The notes: generated by a model from the sequence alone, not told the origin. DNA of 60,636 bases, filler included, from Sphacelaria rigidula (GCA_964200075.2; 5 parts of 5 records of this genome joined end to end with filler, not necessarily neighbours in it), one strand, 5' to 3'. Counted from the whole stretch's first letter, positions 37,468-48,591 are shown. Translations and numbers: made by a program.

Positions 37468-38914
37468 ATGAACAACGATCACGATCGACGCTTCCACGGG
37501 GGACATTTAGGTGCAAAGCGTGATCAAATACATCATGCCGAACCTACACAACTCGGGCATTCTGAAAGCAGTCCACCGAACCCTCGAGGGCTACGATGGC
37601 CCAAAGAAGTCCACGCGTCTCATCGGTGGCAGACAGATGTCTGTTGCCATGCTCGGGTTGTGGAAAGGGCTCACCCCTCTGGCCAAACGCAGCAACCCCA
37701 GCCGAGGGAACAGCAGGTGGAAGAAGGTATGCAGTCGAGCAGGCTGAAACGAAAGCTTCTATCCTGCAGAAAGCTCTCCGGTCCATCAAGATCAATGGCG
37801 CTGTCAAGATCGACGAACTTTTGGGCGAAGCTAGCATCATTGATGTAATTCGGCTATTATGTCCCGAGGCCTCTGGTAAATATGCTGTGTAAATGTTTTC
37901 TCGCGTCCTTGAAAAGGATGATCGTGGGACATCGATTGAGTCCAGTATCAAGAACATCAAAATCAACGGCTGTGGGCGCACTGCACCGGTTGCTGACTTT
38001 GACACCCTGGTGGAGGTTTTGTGGATGTTGCCAAGTGTTGCCTCGAGAGCGCTCCGTCGTGAATCTGTGAAGGCAGTGTTCCGTGCAATGAGAGGCGATC
38101 CCGGTCTTCGTCGCCAGATCGAGCAGAACAACCTGGTGTGAGGGTCTGTCGAAGGAGGAGAAGTCATTCGACAAGCTTTCCTTCAGCCGGTGGAGTACAA
38201 GGAAGACGGAGAGTCAACTAGGGTGAAGGAAAGTTCCGTGAGAGGCGCTCTTGTTTCTCTCATCGGAGGAGAACGTGAAGTGAAAACACCCTCGGGTTTC
38301 GTTGACATGCACAGCGATGCCGTGATCGAGATGAAGTATCACAATCGATGGAAGCATGGGCTCGGGCAGGTGCTCGCGGACCGACCTCGTCTGGCAGGCG
38401 TCTGCACCTCTTTGCACACATCGGAGATGAAGATACTTCGTACTTCGCGATGGCGAAGTCAGTGTGTTATGCGCACGCGGTGAAGGTTACGTGCGAAGAG
38501 GTTGGCGTAGAAGAACCAGCGCATGATCTGGATAACGATGATGCCAACACCGTTGTTGGTGACAACGGGGCTCGTGTTGATAACGAGTGGGTGTACGCAA
38601 GGGCGTTGCCGAGGAAACGGAGAAAAGTCGTTCACCAATCTAAGCAGCATGATGAGCCATTCTGGTTCGAACACCCATCGGTCAAAGAGAAGAGGGCCTA
38701 TGCTTCGATGAAGGTCAGGACGAGTACAGCGATGGGAGAGATTGACATCTTGAAATACTGTAAAGAGCAATTGGCGTCGGTGGGGCGTTTCTACGAACTC
38801 GACAAAGACGAGTTCGCGGAAAGGATCAGGGGTGTCCAGTGGCGTTCTACTACGGCTGCCGGTGGTTCGGCCATGTGCGTGGCGGTGCCGGTGGGCGAAG
38901 CTTCGGCGATGTGA
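37468..38914 (+). pseudogene. Phaeovirus-like multidomain gene: putative DNA-binding module(s) + PD-(D/E)XK nuclease + helical C-terminus
   Basis: VKIDELLGEASIIDVIRL..IKINGCGRTAPVADFDTLVEVLWMLP..RRES..GDPGL, then EREVKTPSGFVD..VIEMK..WKHGLGQVLA..RLHLF. In-frame stops at 37890 and 38139 plus frameshifts. Confidence 0.75.
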
Positions 38915-39139
38915 TACTGCTACAGGATCTTGGGCAAGTAAGCTGTGGCGCCACTAAGCGGAATATTTATGTTGCGTGCAAAGTATTACAGTGTGATTCG
39001 ACCTGTCGTTGGACCCCCCCCCTCGCTGGTACTGGACTGATTCAGCAAGCGATTCCTTTCACCTGCGTGCCGACGGTGTGAGCGCTCCGTCTCGTCCATT
39101 CACCAACAAATATTATGTTTACTGAGCCTACATAACATC

Positions 39140-39826
39140 ATGGCCACCGCAACGAGCCTCGATAATGCCACTATTCGCGTCGACCATGCCTCCAACAGGG
39201 CATCGCTGGTAGATGTTGAAAAGATGGTATTGGACTGTGGCGAAGACCAAGCCAAAGCTACGCTGAACAAGTTCTCGGGCCAACCGCTGACGCGGACGAG
39301 GACTGTCCGAGACTTCAAATCAACAACAGGGGAGGGTATACGCAAGTCGCGAACGTTGATTTTCTGATCGAAATCATCTGGTTGCTACCGGGCGCAATCC
39401 CGGACGACGTTCGCCGGAAGGTGTGCCACGCGGTGTGCAGTTTGTGCGACGGGGATGCAAGCCTGGTGACCGATACTGAGACGCGTCATATCGCTATGCG
39501 AGAAGCGTGCCTACGCGCCCACGCTCAGGGGTGCGAGAAGGACAGCATGCCGGCCGGCTTTGAGCTTAAAGGGGTCCAAGATCAACAAGAGCTCGCAAAG
39601 GAAATGGTGCAACAGTTCCGCAAGGGTGGGGATGGATCAAGACCTCCGGCGCAAGGCCCTCGAACTCGAAGAACGGAAGATCTCGCTAAAATGCAAACGC
39701 TGTGACACCGTTTTCAATGTGACTGATCCTTAGAGGAGCTTGATATCACGCTCGATTCGCGCGCTTAATTTCACATCTTTGACACGATAGCCCGAATCAC
39801 CAAACCAGACATTAGTGAGGTGGTGT
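39140..39826 (+). pseudogene. Paralogue of the same phaeovirus-like family
   Basis: IRVDHASNRASLVDVEKMVL..LIEIIWLLPG..VRRK...VCSLCDGDASLVTDTETRH, with several frameshifts. Confidence 0.72.
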
Positions 39827-39898
39827 AACCACAATAGCATTTGCACCAAACTTTCGCAGCTAAGACACCATTCACTCTAACCACAAACTGCGACAAAG

Positions 39899-40414
39899 AT
39901 GTTGGCTTGGCTCATCGGATGCAGCACACACGGTGTTTCGAAGGAAATGCTGGCGAAAACGAAAGATGCTCTCAGGCTGCTCAATGACCTCTCGTCCGAC
40001 GGCATTATCGGAGACGACTTTTACCAAGCGCCTGACTTTGCTGCTTCCATAAACAGGAACCTAGTTGATTTCAGGCCCTTCTTAAAAGCGAAGAAACACA
40101 TTTGGTTGATCACGACAGGGTACAAAATTCGGCAGGCCCACGACGAAGCGTTTTGCGACCTCAGAGCGTGCCAACTCCCATTTCCGGTCGAGGTCGAGTA
40201 CGACAAGGCCAAGCGGGCGGCCAAGGATGTAAAATACACATGTAACGGCATCAAGCACAAGTACACAGGGTGGGGGAAGCACACCCAGGAGCGGATCGAC
40301 GAGGCGTGGGCTACGCTCGAGGAGGGCACCATATATATCGAGCCGCTTCCCCCAGCTTCATGCGGTTGCAGAGCGATTCGCGCGCAGCTTTCGTCACCGG
40401 ACGTTGTGAACTGA
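39899..40414 (+). CDS. Intronless hypothetical protein, 171 aa
   Basis: Intact ATG-to-stop ORF with globular-looking composition in the viral-like cluster. Family not recognised. Confidence 0.6.
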   Translation: MLAWLIGCSTHGVSKEMLAKTKDALRLLNDLSSDGIIGDDFYQAPDFAASINRNLVDFRPFLKAKKHIWLITTGYKIRQAHDEAFCDLRACQLPFPVEVEYDKAKRAAKDVKYTCNGIKHKYTGWGKHTQERIDEAWATLEEGTIYIEPLPPASCGCRAIRAQLSSPDVVN

Positions 40415-40458
40415 AACTATTAGTATTTGTGCTGCCGCTATTGAGTCCGAGTAGGTAG

Positions 40459-41061
40459 ATGGGCTCTTTGCAGACTTTGGCCTAACTCTTTTTTGGTACA
40501 CTCGAGCATTGGCACAGCAGTGCCGCACGACATCCCGGGCACTTTGCGCTCGTGGGTGGATGCGTGGGCCAAATGCGTGGGGGTGGACAAGAATGCAGAT
40601 GTTTTGCAGATGGTACACGAACGCATAGAGAGCGATTCATCGACCAGACTTCGAGTGAGCCGTGCTTTCAGAGCAAAGGTGTGCGCACTGGCTGAGACTT
40701 TGGATATCCACCACCCCACCAGTCGCCGTGAAGGGGACAAATCGTCACAGTTCCACGACATTCGATCAGCATGTTGTTGGGATAGATGTGGCGAGTTGAA
40801 AACTTCGCGCTCATTAGGCAGAGGATTCGTGCGGAAGAGCAGAAGGAAGCCGAATTTCAGCGCTGGTACCGCGCGGTAGAAAACGAGGTGGTCGAAACGC
40901 TAGGTAACACTTGCCGATGCGAGGACTGGGAGGACAGCCTAGAGTACATTCTGTGGGGAGAAAATAGGTCTTCGATTGAGTTTCTGCCGAGAGGGAGGCG
41001 GAAGAAGTGTGTTGCGCGGCTGGTAGACGATGGTATTCTTGATGATAAATTTGAACTATAG
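40459..41061 (+). pseudogene. Frameshifted hypothetical gene
   Basis: Overlapping protein-like ORFs 40493-40879 and 40786-41061 in different frames. Confidence 0.5.
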
Positions 41062-41084
41062 CATTATGTTGTACGGGAACAGTT

Positions 41085-41420
41085 GTCTGGCGATGGCGCA
41101 TTGGGGGGTGTGTGGTCGCCGTTGAAACAGTTTGGTGAAAAGTGGTACAGGCGATGCCGTTTGGGCTGGCCCAACATTCAGCAGTTTTTGGCTCGCAGCA
41201 CTGCTCTCATCGGGGGCTTTGATATGGTTTGAAACTATTGTAGCAGCTGCATCGGGTGCATCCATTTTGGGTATTGCCACCGAGAGGGATGATTGTCTAA
41301 TATTCAAGTCATCTTGCACGCATCGAACAACCACTTTGAGGGCGAGCTTCCAATGGTGAAGTCATTTTAAGCTCTGCCAACAAGGGATTGGCACCAGTGG
41401 CTTCGCTGAACCTCGCTTTG
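41085..41420 (-). repeat. Diverged paralogous segment of 45745-46245
   Basis: Shared blocks ctggcgatg.cgcattg...gtgtggtcgccgt, ggtacagg, ggcttt...tggtttgaaacta.tgta and gattggcac.agtggcttcgct. Confidence 0.7.
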
Positions 41421-42316
41421 CTGAAAACTCCGCACCCTGTCGGTGGGATGGCAAAAACATTCAAAGAACACTGCTGTGTTTGTTGTGATATTAGCTACAG
41501 CAGCTTTGTTGCATCGAGAGCACACTCGAAACACCCACACTCATAGAGCACATCGACTGCAGGAGAATCTGCTGTTCCGAGCGTGGCATTTCTCGAGGGG
41601 CGGCAAGCACATCCGATTGCGTGTGTGCCGGCTGTGTTTTGTTATTGTAGCAGCAGCGGCTACCTATTTTTCAACTCTGCTGTAACTAAAGCACACTCAA
41701 AACCTTCACGCTCATAGAGTACACCGACTGCAGCAGTGATGACGCTTGGCTTGTGCCTTGTCGGTGCTGCCGCAATTGCGCCGCCGCAGGCAAAGGAACA
41801 AAACATGCCACATAAATTTCACCTTGACGCTGGTTTCCAGACCCAGCACACTCCGAGGCTCCAAGCCACAGCCACAGCACCATCCCATAGGCCACCGCCC
41901 GCGCTCTCTCCCTCTCTCCCTCCCTCCCTCCCTACCTCTCTCCATCTCGCTCTAGGTGGCGCGGTCGGACCCAACTGCTCGTGCTAAGTTTGTAATGCCG
42001 CCGCATACTGTAGCTGGATACTGAAACAATCTACAGGGGCCCGCCGCAGGTGCAAGCTGACAAGACACCACTATTGTTTCCGTGAGACCGCTGCAATAAC
42101 GTGTCCCGTCGCCTATCGTCACTACCCCTCGACCAGCAAGGTTTCGCGTCAGGGTTGGGCGAAAGCAAAGAAACAAACCAAATACAAAGAGCACCGCCTC
42201 AGGGGGATGCATGAATGTATGGGGTATATGATAGATTCACGGGGCCCTCGTTTCTAAAAACGAGAGGGCCCCGTACATGAACCCCCTCCTCCGATCTGTA
42301 TTTCGGACACACGCAG

Positions 42317-44516
42317 CGAGCCGACGATGGTGTGGAGGAATGTTTTGCGTGTCGATGGTGCACTAGCACAGTACCTCCGCCTAGAGGAGGGCATGACAGT
42401 CGAAGGAAACGAGTCCTACCTCCGTGAAATACTACGCGAGCGTGTGCGGAGCGACACTGATCTTTCACTTTTTCCCGAGGCGGTCATGTGGCCATCACCA
42501 CTGTGGAGCTGGTGCCTTTCGGCTCTCCAATTGGAGGTACAGAAGGGCTCTTCTTGCAGCTCACGTGGTGAAAAATCATGGAAACTCCAACAGTTTTGTT
42601 TTGCAGAACAAGCGAAGGAGGCACACAGAAGAAACTGCGCGGCGAGTAGACAGCGGGTGAGTTGCGGCGAGATTTAGAATGTACGTACGAGTACATACGT
42701 GTCTGCTTTTCTGAAATCCCGTTTGGGCTTCGCAATAGTACACTGGCCACGTGTGCTCATGATGCTACTTATTTTTCTCTCCCTTTTGGTGCACGTTTAC
42801 TGGTACACAGTTACTGCTTTCTACCAGCATCTTTACCCGGTTCGTGTAGGTTAGTCTACTCAATCCCCACGCTGCGCGAACATCACTGCAAAACAAAATG
42901 AAACCTTCCCTTTGAATTGTGACCGGACACAGACAAACGAAAGGATGCAAGCACAGCAACAGGAGAAGGAGAGAATTGCACAGGTGAAACTGATGGGTGA
43001 ACGGCATTCGAACAGGGCGTCTGTGTCTCTGATATGTACAGGCAGTCGGTGCGGGTGTGTGTATTGTTCTGTTATTGTAGAGCCGCTGGTTCTAGATTAT
43101 GCGTGTGAACACAGCATGTTTCTGCTTCGTGTGGTGCTACATATGTACAGCAGTAGTTGTAGGGCGCTGTCGCTCTGGAGCTTTGTTTCAGTTTTGTGTT
43201 CAAAACAGCAGGACTGCTCAAATCGAGCACAGTAGCACTCCCACTTTCCGCTACAGTAGAATCGCTACAGCTTCGCTCTCTCTATTAAGAGCACTCCCAC
43301 GGCTGCCGATTCATCGCTACCGGTCACAGGATGAAGAGAGGGTTGCACGAGTAGAGAAGAAAAGGAAGGAAGACTCGGAGAAGCTTGAGCGCCAAAGGGA
43401 GAAATAATCAGCAGAAAAGGCGAAAGAGGAGAATGAGGAGCTGCAGCGCAAGCTTGCAACTGTGAGTTTGGTTTTCCCACGATTCCAGAGGGCGGCGGTT
43501 GGCGATAGGAAGAATCTAAAGAAACGTCCTTGCAGCAGGCTTGCAGCAGTCAACACGCGCTCGCTGTTTTGATATATTTCACCTGCCCATGTAAACGCCG
43601 AACCTGCCGCCGTTGATGTTCCGGGGATGTGCAGCTTGAGGTCGAGAAATGAGAGCAGCAGGCGAAAATCAAGGCAGCGGAGGCCGCGTTCGAAAAGGAA
43701 AGGGTGGTGAGGATACGAGCGCAGTCAGTTGCCGAAGAGCGAGAAGCAGGAGAGCACTCCGGGAAACGAAAGTGTCTGCCACGGAAATGCAAACAACGTC
43801 CGGAAAGACAGGGACCGGTACCAGAGACGGTGAGCGGTATCTTGTGTCGCCAGTACAAAGCAGTAGCAGTGCTAGCTGTTCGACGCACACCGGCCCGTAT
43901 CCCAAGTACCACAAACAGTCGCAGCTCCAACAATTTTGCACAATAACGCTGCCTTTTTTCACGTCTTGCTCTGAACGATACCCCAGGTGAGCGAGCATCG
44001 CGACAGAACAACATTTCGTCTTGACTGTGTCGAGATAAGTTCCAGTTCCAGAGAAGGCAAGGGACTCATTAGCAATCGCTCGCTGCTGGTGAGGGACTTA
44101 TTCTGTTCAAGACTCATCTCGCGGAGGTTGGCGAACGGCATGGCTGCACACCGGATTTATACCAAGACAGCATGCACATCACACATAAAGATAACGAAGG
44201 CGTGATGCTTATAGACGCTGGGGAAACAATGGTTGCAACGCCGGGTGCGTGCATCGAGCATGTGAAAATGAGTTACATTCGGGCCATGAATAATATACCC
44301 AAGGACAAGAAGGAGGACGTGGAGGGGAGGAAGAAAGACGAGATGACGGCTGATGTTAAGTTGGTCTTCGGAGAAACAGCTAGGCCAAGGTGGTACATCC
44401 CGACGGCACTACACTTAGAGTACACACAATGGTACTGTTACCGGGTGGTTACTGTGAACCCAATTCTTCCGGGGGACGAGTTGACATTCCCATATGATTG
44501 GACCCCGAAGCATTGA
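42317..44516 (+). pseudogene. Spliced coiled-coil + divergent SET-domain pseudogene (exons ~42317-42482, 42607-42656, 42933-42983, 43330-43461, 43635-43829, 43987-44516)
   Basis: Phase-0 GT-AG junctions between the last five exons. SET-like motifs VEISSSSREGKGLISNR..AGEGLILF, IRAMNN and VVTVNPILPGDELTFPYDW. Stops at 43405 and 43650; frameshift near 44083. Confidence 0.7.
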
Positions 44517-45946
44517 GCCAAGGCTACTCCCAGCCGTATGCGCGTCGCGGGTCGGGGGTGAACAGGTGGCTCAGAGACGACGGGCGCTTGTGTTTCTTGT
44601 TGGGGGGTAATGTCGAACAAAAAGTCGTGCAACTTCGAAAGTTGCAACAAGCAACCGAAAGAATCGAGGCCGAAGACCGTAGTATGTCAAATCGTGTGAT
44701 TTTCGCGCGGTGTCTCCGACCGGCACATGCAGACTACTGTAGCCGACTTAGGGTAGTCGTGCTCGCATGTTGGTTGTTTTTGTTTTGCTGAGCTGCGTTC
44801 TTCGCCCTCTGCCTTGGTTAGCTTTGTTGGGAGTCTGCAGCGCAACGGCCAAGTTGGGGGCTGACCATCTTGATATTGCCGAGGTGAGACTAGAACTGGA
44901 TCGGTGCGCCGAAGCCGCCAGGATAGCTGCGGAGACGGGATAGTGCCCAGTCCCTGTTTTATTGCTGCCTTTTTTGGCATACACGAACATAGTACGTCAA
45001 CTCGTGCGTGCCTGCAACACATCTGCCTCGGTTCCGATTGGAAATGTCGAGGCCACGTGGGGTGGTCGCGCTCGCCTGTTGCTATTTTTTGTTTTTCAGT
45101 AGGGGCGATCGGCTCCGATTGTTGCTGACGAAGATAATCCCCTCCTTTTTTTCTGGTTTTATGATAACTCACGGAGGGGTGTCTCTGGTCGGTTGAATCT
45201 GTGTGCAGGACGAAAGTATTGGGCAGAGGTCGGGACCATTTTCAATATGAAGACACCAATATTGCCCCAACCGATGGGCAATATGAAACTTACAGTCACA
45301 CCTTACACGACAAAGTCCCGCAAAAGCCAAAAAAGTATGCCAAACCCCTTTTGGCCGGTGATGGGGGGAGTTATCGCCAAATAAGCTGCCTAGAGTCTCG
45401 ACCAAAACCAAATCGCTTCCATCACTACGTTTGTCGCACTCCCGAAATCTCCTCCGCCATCGCCCTTGATTACACGCCCTCTTTCCTATGTCCCCCGAAA
45501 AGAGGACACGGGCCATCTTGACTACCCAACTCGCTCTAAAGACCACATGAGCGGGGCCGATACATCCGAAACACGTCTTTTGTCTATTTTCAATGGTCGA
45601 AGTTGTCCGGTCTCTTGCGTAACACATGCTCGCGACGGTGGCGATCTGGGTAACGGGGGCTGTAGCTTCGAGCACCTGTTCAAATTACAACGAGCAAGGC
45701 AGCCAATCAGGACCATTAATCGCCGCAAAAACAGAGGGTAGGTTGGCTGGCGATGTCGCATTGCGAGGGGTGTGGTCGCCGTCAGACGCGCGCGGTACAG
45801 GCCGTGCCGATCGTCAAATTCGTGCTACTTTGGCGCGCTTGGACTGGCCAAAAACCTGCACTGCGCCTCAGGGAGGCTTTGGTCTGGTTTGAAACTACTG
45901 TATTAATCCCATCCAGTCGCACCCATTTCCGCTAAAGGGAATAGGC

Positions 45947-46285
45947 CTACACTTGGCTTCGCTGGCGCTCAACGGAAGAAATCAGAATCTTCGCCACCGG
46001 GCGGCTCTTTTTGGACACAATTGGAGTAAACGCATCCACTTGGGGCTGCACCCACCGCTCGTACTGGCGGTACCGGCGCTGCCGATCGGCAACCTCTCTC
46101 TCCGCCAGAGTGCATCGAATGTAGACCAATGACTTCTGCAGAAACCGTTTGAGCACGTTTTCCGCTCGGGTAAGCGGGAGCACAGCTACTGTCAGCTCTA
46201 ACAATAGGGGTTCTTCGATTGGCACTAGTGGCTTCGCTAGTTCTTCTTTGATACTAAACATCCGGTCCGAAGCGATGGGTTTCCT

Positions 46286-46319
<34 letters not shown>

Positions 46320-46603
46320 TTTCCAACATTTTCTCCATGATTCTCCGTGTCCCCCCAGCCGGGGTTTGAGTCCAAGGGCTCAACGGCCTTTTCGTTTTCG
46401 CCCTCGTCAATCATCTGGTGGGAAAATGACTTCCAATTTAAGTACGCCGAGAATCGCTTGAATACGGGGGTGAAAACACGGAGAGAGCGTTTCATGTGGT
46501 CGAACCTTCGCTTTGCTGAACACTCTAATTGTCGAGTATGAGCGCAAGTTTTTAAATCCCAACTGGCAGAGGCGAAGTCAAATTCGTTCAACTCGCGATG
46601 CAC
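45947..46603 (-). pseudogene. Probable C-terminal continuation of the CoiA-like gene
   Basis: Joins the upstream ORF if one base is removed from the T6/A6 run at 46619-46624. Contains an in-frame (TA)n run near 46289-46317. Confidence 0.5.
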
Positions 46604-46610
46604 TTGGTCT

Positions 46611-47405
46611 TCAAACCGTTTTTTCTACGATGTCTTGAAATATGGGTAACTTGCTTCTTTGCCACCCAGGTATCCTGTTGATATGTATGAACGCATGGTC
46701 AATCATCGTGGCCATACCACGTATGATAAAGAGCCATTCCTTATCCCACTCATCCCACTCGCGGCTGCATGCGTGACACGCCCTACGGTCAACATTGGCG
46801 TGGTGAGCATGACAGCCGGGGCAAATTTTACACGCGCATCTAGCCGGCTCATGATTCAGCAGGGAGCGGACCTCTACCGCGTTGGCCGTTGTGTACAATT
46901 CGGTTTGCTGGCCCAGTATTTGCACGGCTGATATCTCCCAAACATTATTCACGCCAACACACGCCGTGCGAGATTGTAGTGCGTCGCCGGTGGTCGCGTG
47001 AGTTACGCGGACCTCAACGATGGATTCCAAGACACATTTTTGGAAGATGGCCACGTCCGCCGAATAGAGTTTGTTTTTATCGTACCGATACTCTTGTTGG
47101 GCGGAAGAGTCCGTGTACTGTCGTGTGACAAAGTGCGATTTTGTGACACACTGACCTCTGAACACGAACCGTGAACAATACTTTTCAATGAGCAACTTCG
47201 CCGCCTTGTGGCGAGCTGATTCACCCCCGCCAGAACATGTAGGCGAGAGCTGGCGGTGCGCGAAATGATAAACGTTGACTTTGCCTCGTTTCAATACCAA
47301 GTCACCTGCACATTCGAGGCACGTGAACGGCCCTTTTGATTTGGAACAAGAGGGCAGCACGAGCACGCCTGATCTGCTTTGGACGATCGGGATGTGGCGG
47401 GACAT
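46611..47405 (-). CDS. CoiA-like zinc-binding PD-(D/E)XK nuclease
   Basis: FTCLEC..LVLKRGKVNVYHFAH..C..GESARHK N-terminal module; QEY..ADVAIF..IVEVRVTH nuclease motif. Intronless. Confidence 0.82.
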   Translation of the reverse strand: MSRHIPIVQSRSGVLVLPSCSKSKGPFTCLECAGDLVLKRGKVNVYHFAHRQLSPTCSGGGESARHKAAKLLIEKYCSRFVFRGQCVTKSHFVTRQYTDSSAQQEYRYDKNKLYSADVAIFQKCVLESIVEVRVTHATTGDALQSRTACVGVNNVWEISAVQILGQQTELYTTANAVEVRSLLNHEPARCACKICPGCHAHHANVDRRACHACSREWDEWDKEWLFIIRGMATMIDHAFIHINRIPGWQRSKLPIFQDIVEKTV

Positions 47406-47835
47406 GGTGGTTTGATGCTATGTTGATATTTAATTCCACTCTTGTCTAGCGCACGTTGGTTGACGCAAAAAATGAGTAATTTGCCTGCTCGGCGAAGGGG
47501 GGCGCTTTTCACACACAGGCGTCCTGGCACAGAAGACAGGCTCGCCGAAGAAATCAGTAATAACACGGGGGCGCTGTTCGGGGCAGCCGTGGGCGGCGAG
47601 CCAGAGTCTTGCACCTAGCGTGGAGAGCGCCAGAAAGCGTGAATCCTATCATCGGCGGCGGAGGCAGACGCTAGAATCGAAGGCGCCTGAGCTGGTATGA
47701 CGGGTTCGGTCAACGGCTACCATCCCCGGGCGGGGTCCTCAAAAGTTGCAAAACAATGCAATAGGTATTTCGTGATATATACGTTGTTCTGCGTCGATCA
47801 ATGCTGAATTATTTTATTGGTGGTATATAAGACAC

Positions 47836-48117
47836 ATGACTTTGAAATATAAAGAAAAAGTTCAAATATGCAGGCAATTTGAAATCGAACAGAAAAAGAG
47901 GGAGATCGTCAGGGCATTTGAAAATTCAAAAGCTCTTGTTGAACAACGCAATGATTTGTTGAAACTCAGAGCATTCCAGACAAGAGTAAACAAGGTGGCG
48001 ACGCCGAGACCGACCAAGAAATGTGACGAAAAAGCCAAGCAATATAGGAGACACAAATACCTCGAATCACGAAGAGACATCAGCAACAAATCTCGAGAGA
48101 AACGGCAAAAAGTATGA
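47836..48117 (+). CDS. Small basic hypothetical protein, 93 aa
   Basis: AT-rich intronless ORF preceded by tatataag; divergent from the CoiA-like gene. Confidence 0.5.
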   Translation: MTLKYKEKVQICRQFEIEQKKREIVRAFENSKALVEQRNDLLKLRAFQTRVNKVATPRPTKKCDEKAKQYRRHKYLESRRDISNKSREKRQKV

Positions 48118-48248
48118 GAAATAGTATGTGCTACCCAGCCATATTGTTAAAATGTTGGTGGTTGGTCTTCGTGCTAAAAACTCAAATTAAAATATAATCG
48201 GTATTTAATAAGTAACTTACCAATACGGGAACTAGGAACGGACACCCA

Positions 48249-48416
48249 ATGTGGAGCCTCTTCAATAGCATGCCACGTTCGAGCCAATACGCTGCAATGT
48301 TCGTGAAGTACGGGCTTGAAGAGCACACTTTTTTCCTCTCTCACGAGCTTTTCTACAAATGGTTCACCGAGTACCGTGAAATATGCCGAAAAAAAGAAAA
48401 GCGTTTTCCATATTGA
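48249..48416 (+). CDS. Small hypothetical ORF, 55 aa
   Basis: MWSLFNSMPRSSQYAAMFVKYGLEEHTFFLSHELFYKWFTEYREICRKKEKRFPY, after an AT-rich spacer. Below the ORF-track size cutoff. Confidence 0.35.
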   Translation: MWSLFNSMPRSSQYAAMFVKYGLEEHTFFLSHELFYKWFTEYREICRKKEKRFPY

Positions 48417-48491
48417 GTCATCCTAGATAGGGGGGGGGGGAATTTTGGGGCATTTGTTCCTCGAAATTTCGAGTCAGATCGTCGTTGAAAG

Positions 48492-48591
48492 NNNNNNNNN
48501 NNNNNNNNNNNNNNNNNNNNNNNNNNNNNNNNNNNTTAATTAATTAANNNNNNNNNNNNNNNNNNNNNNNNNNNNNNNNNNNNNNNNNNNN
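48492..48591. other. Artificial contig linker
   Basis: N-TTAATTAATTAA-N, 100 bp. Confidence 0.99.

Larger units (their letters stand above)
36926..48416. mobile_element. Endogenous viral element region, phaeovirus/NCLDV-like, degraded
   Basis: Densely packed intronless ORFs with stops and frameshifts, three paralogous hypothetical genes resembling phaeoviral families, and PD-(D/E)XK and CoiA-like nucleases. No core viral hallmark gene was seen. Confidence 0.72.

Noticed and set aside
37544-38167. 207-aa minus-strand ORF
   Set aside because: Antisense to the recognisable plus-strand viral-like pseudogene.
44687-45761. Minus-strand ORFs of 80-168 aa
   Set aside because: No recognisable motifs or consistent exon chain.
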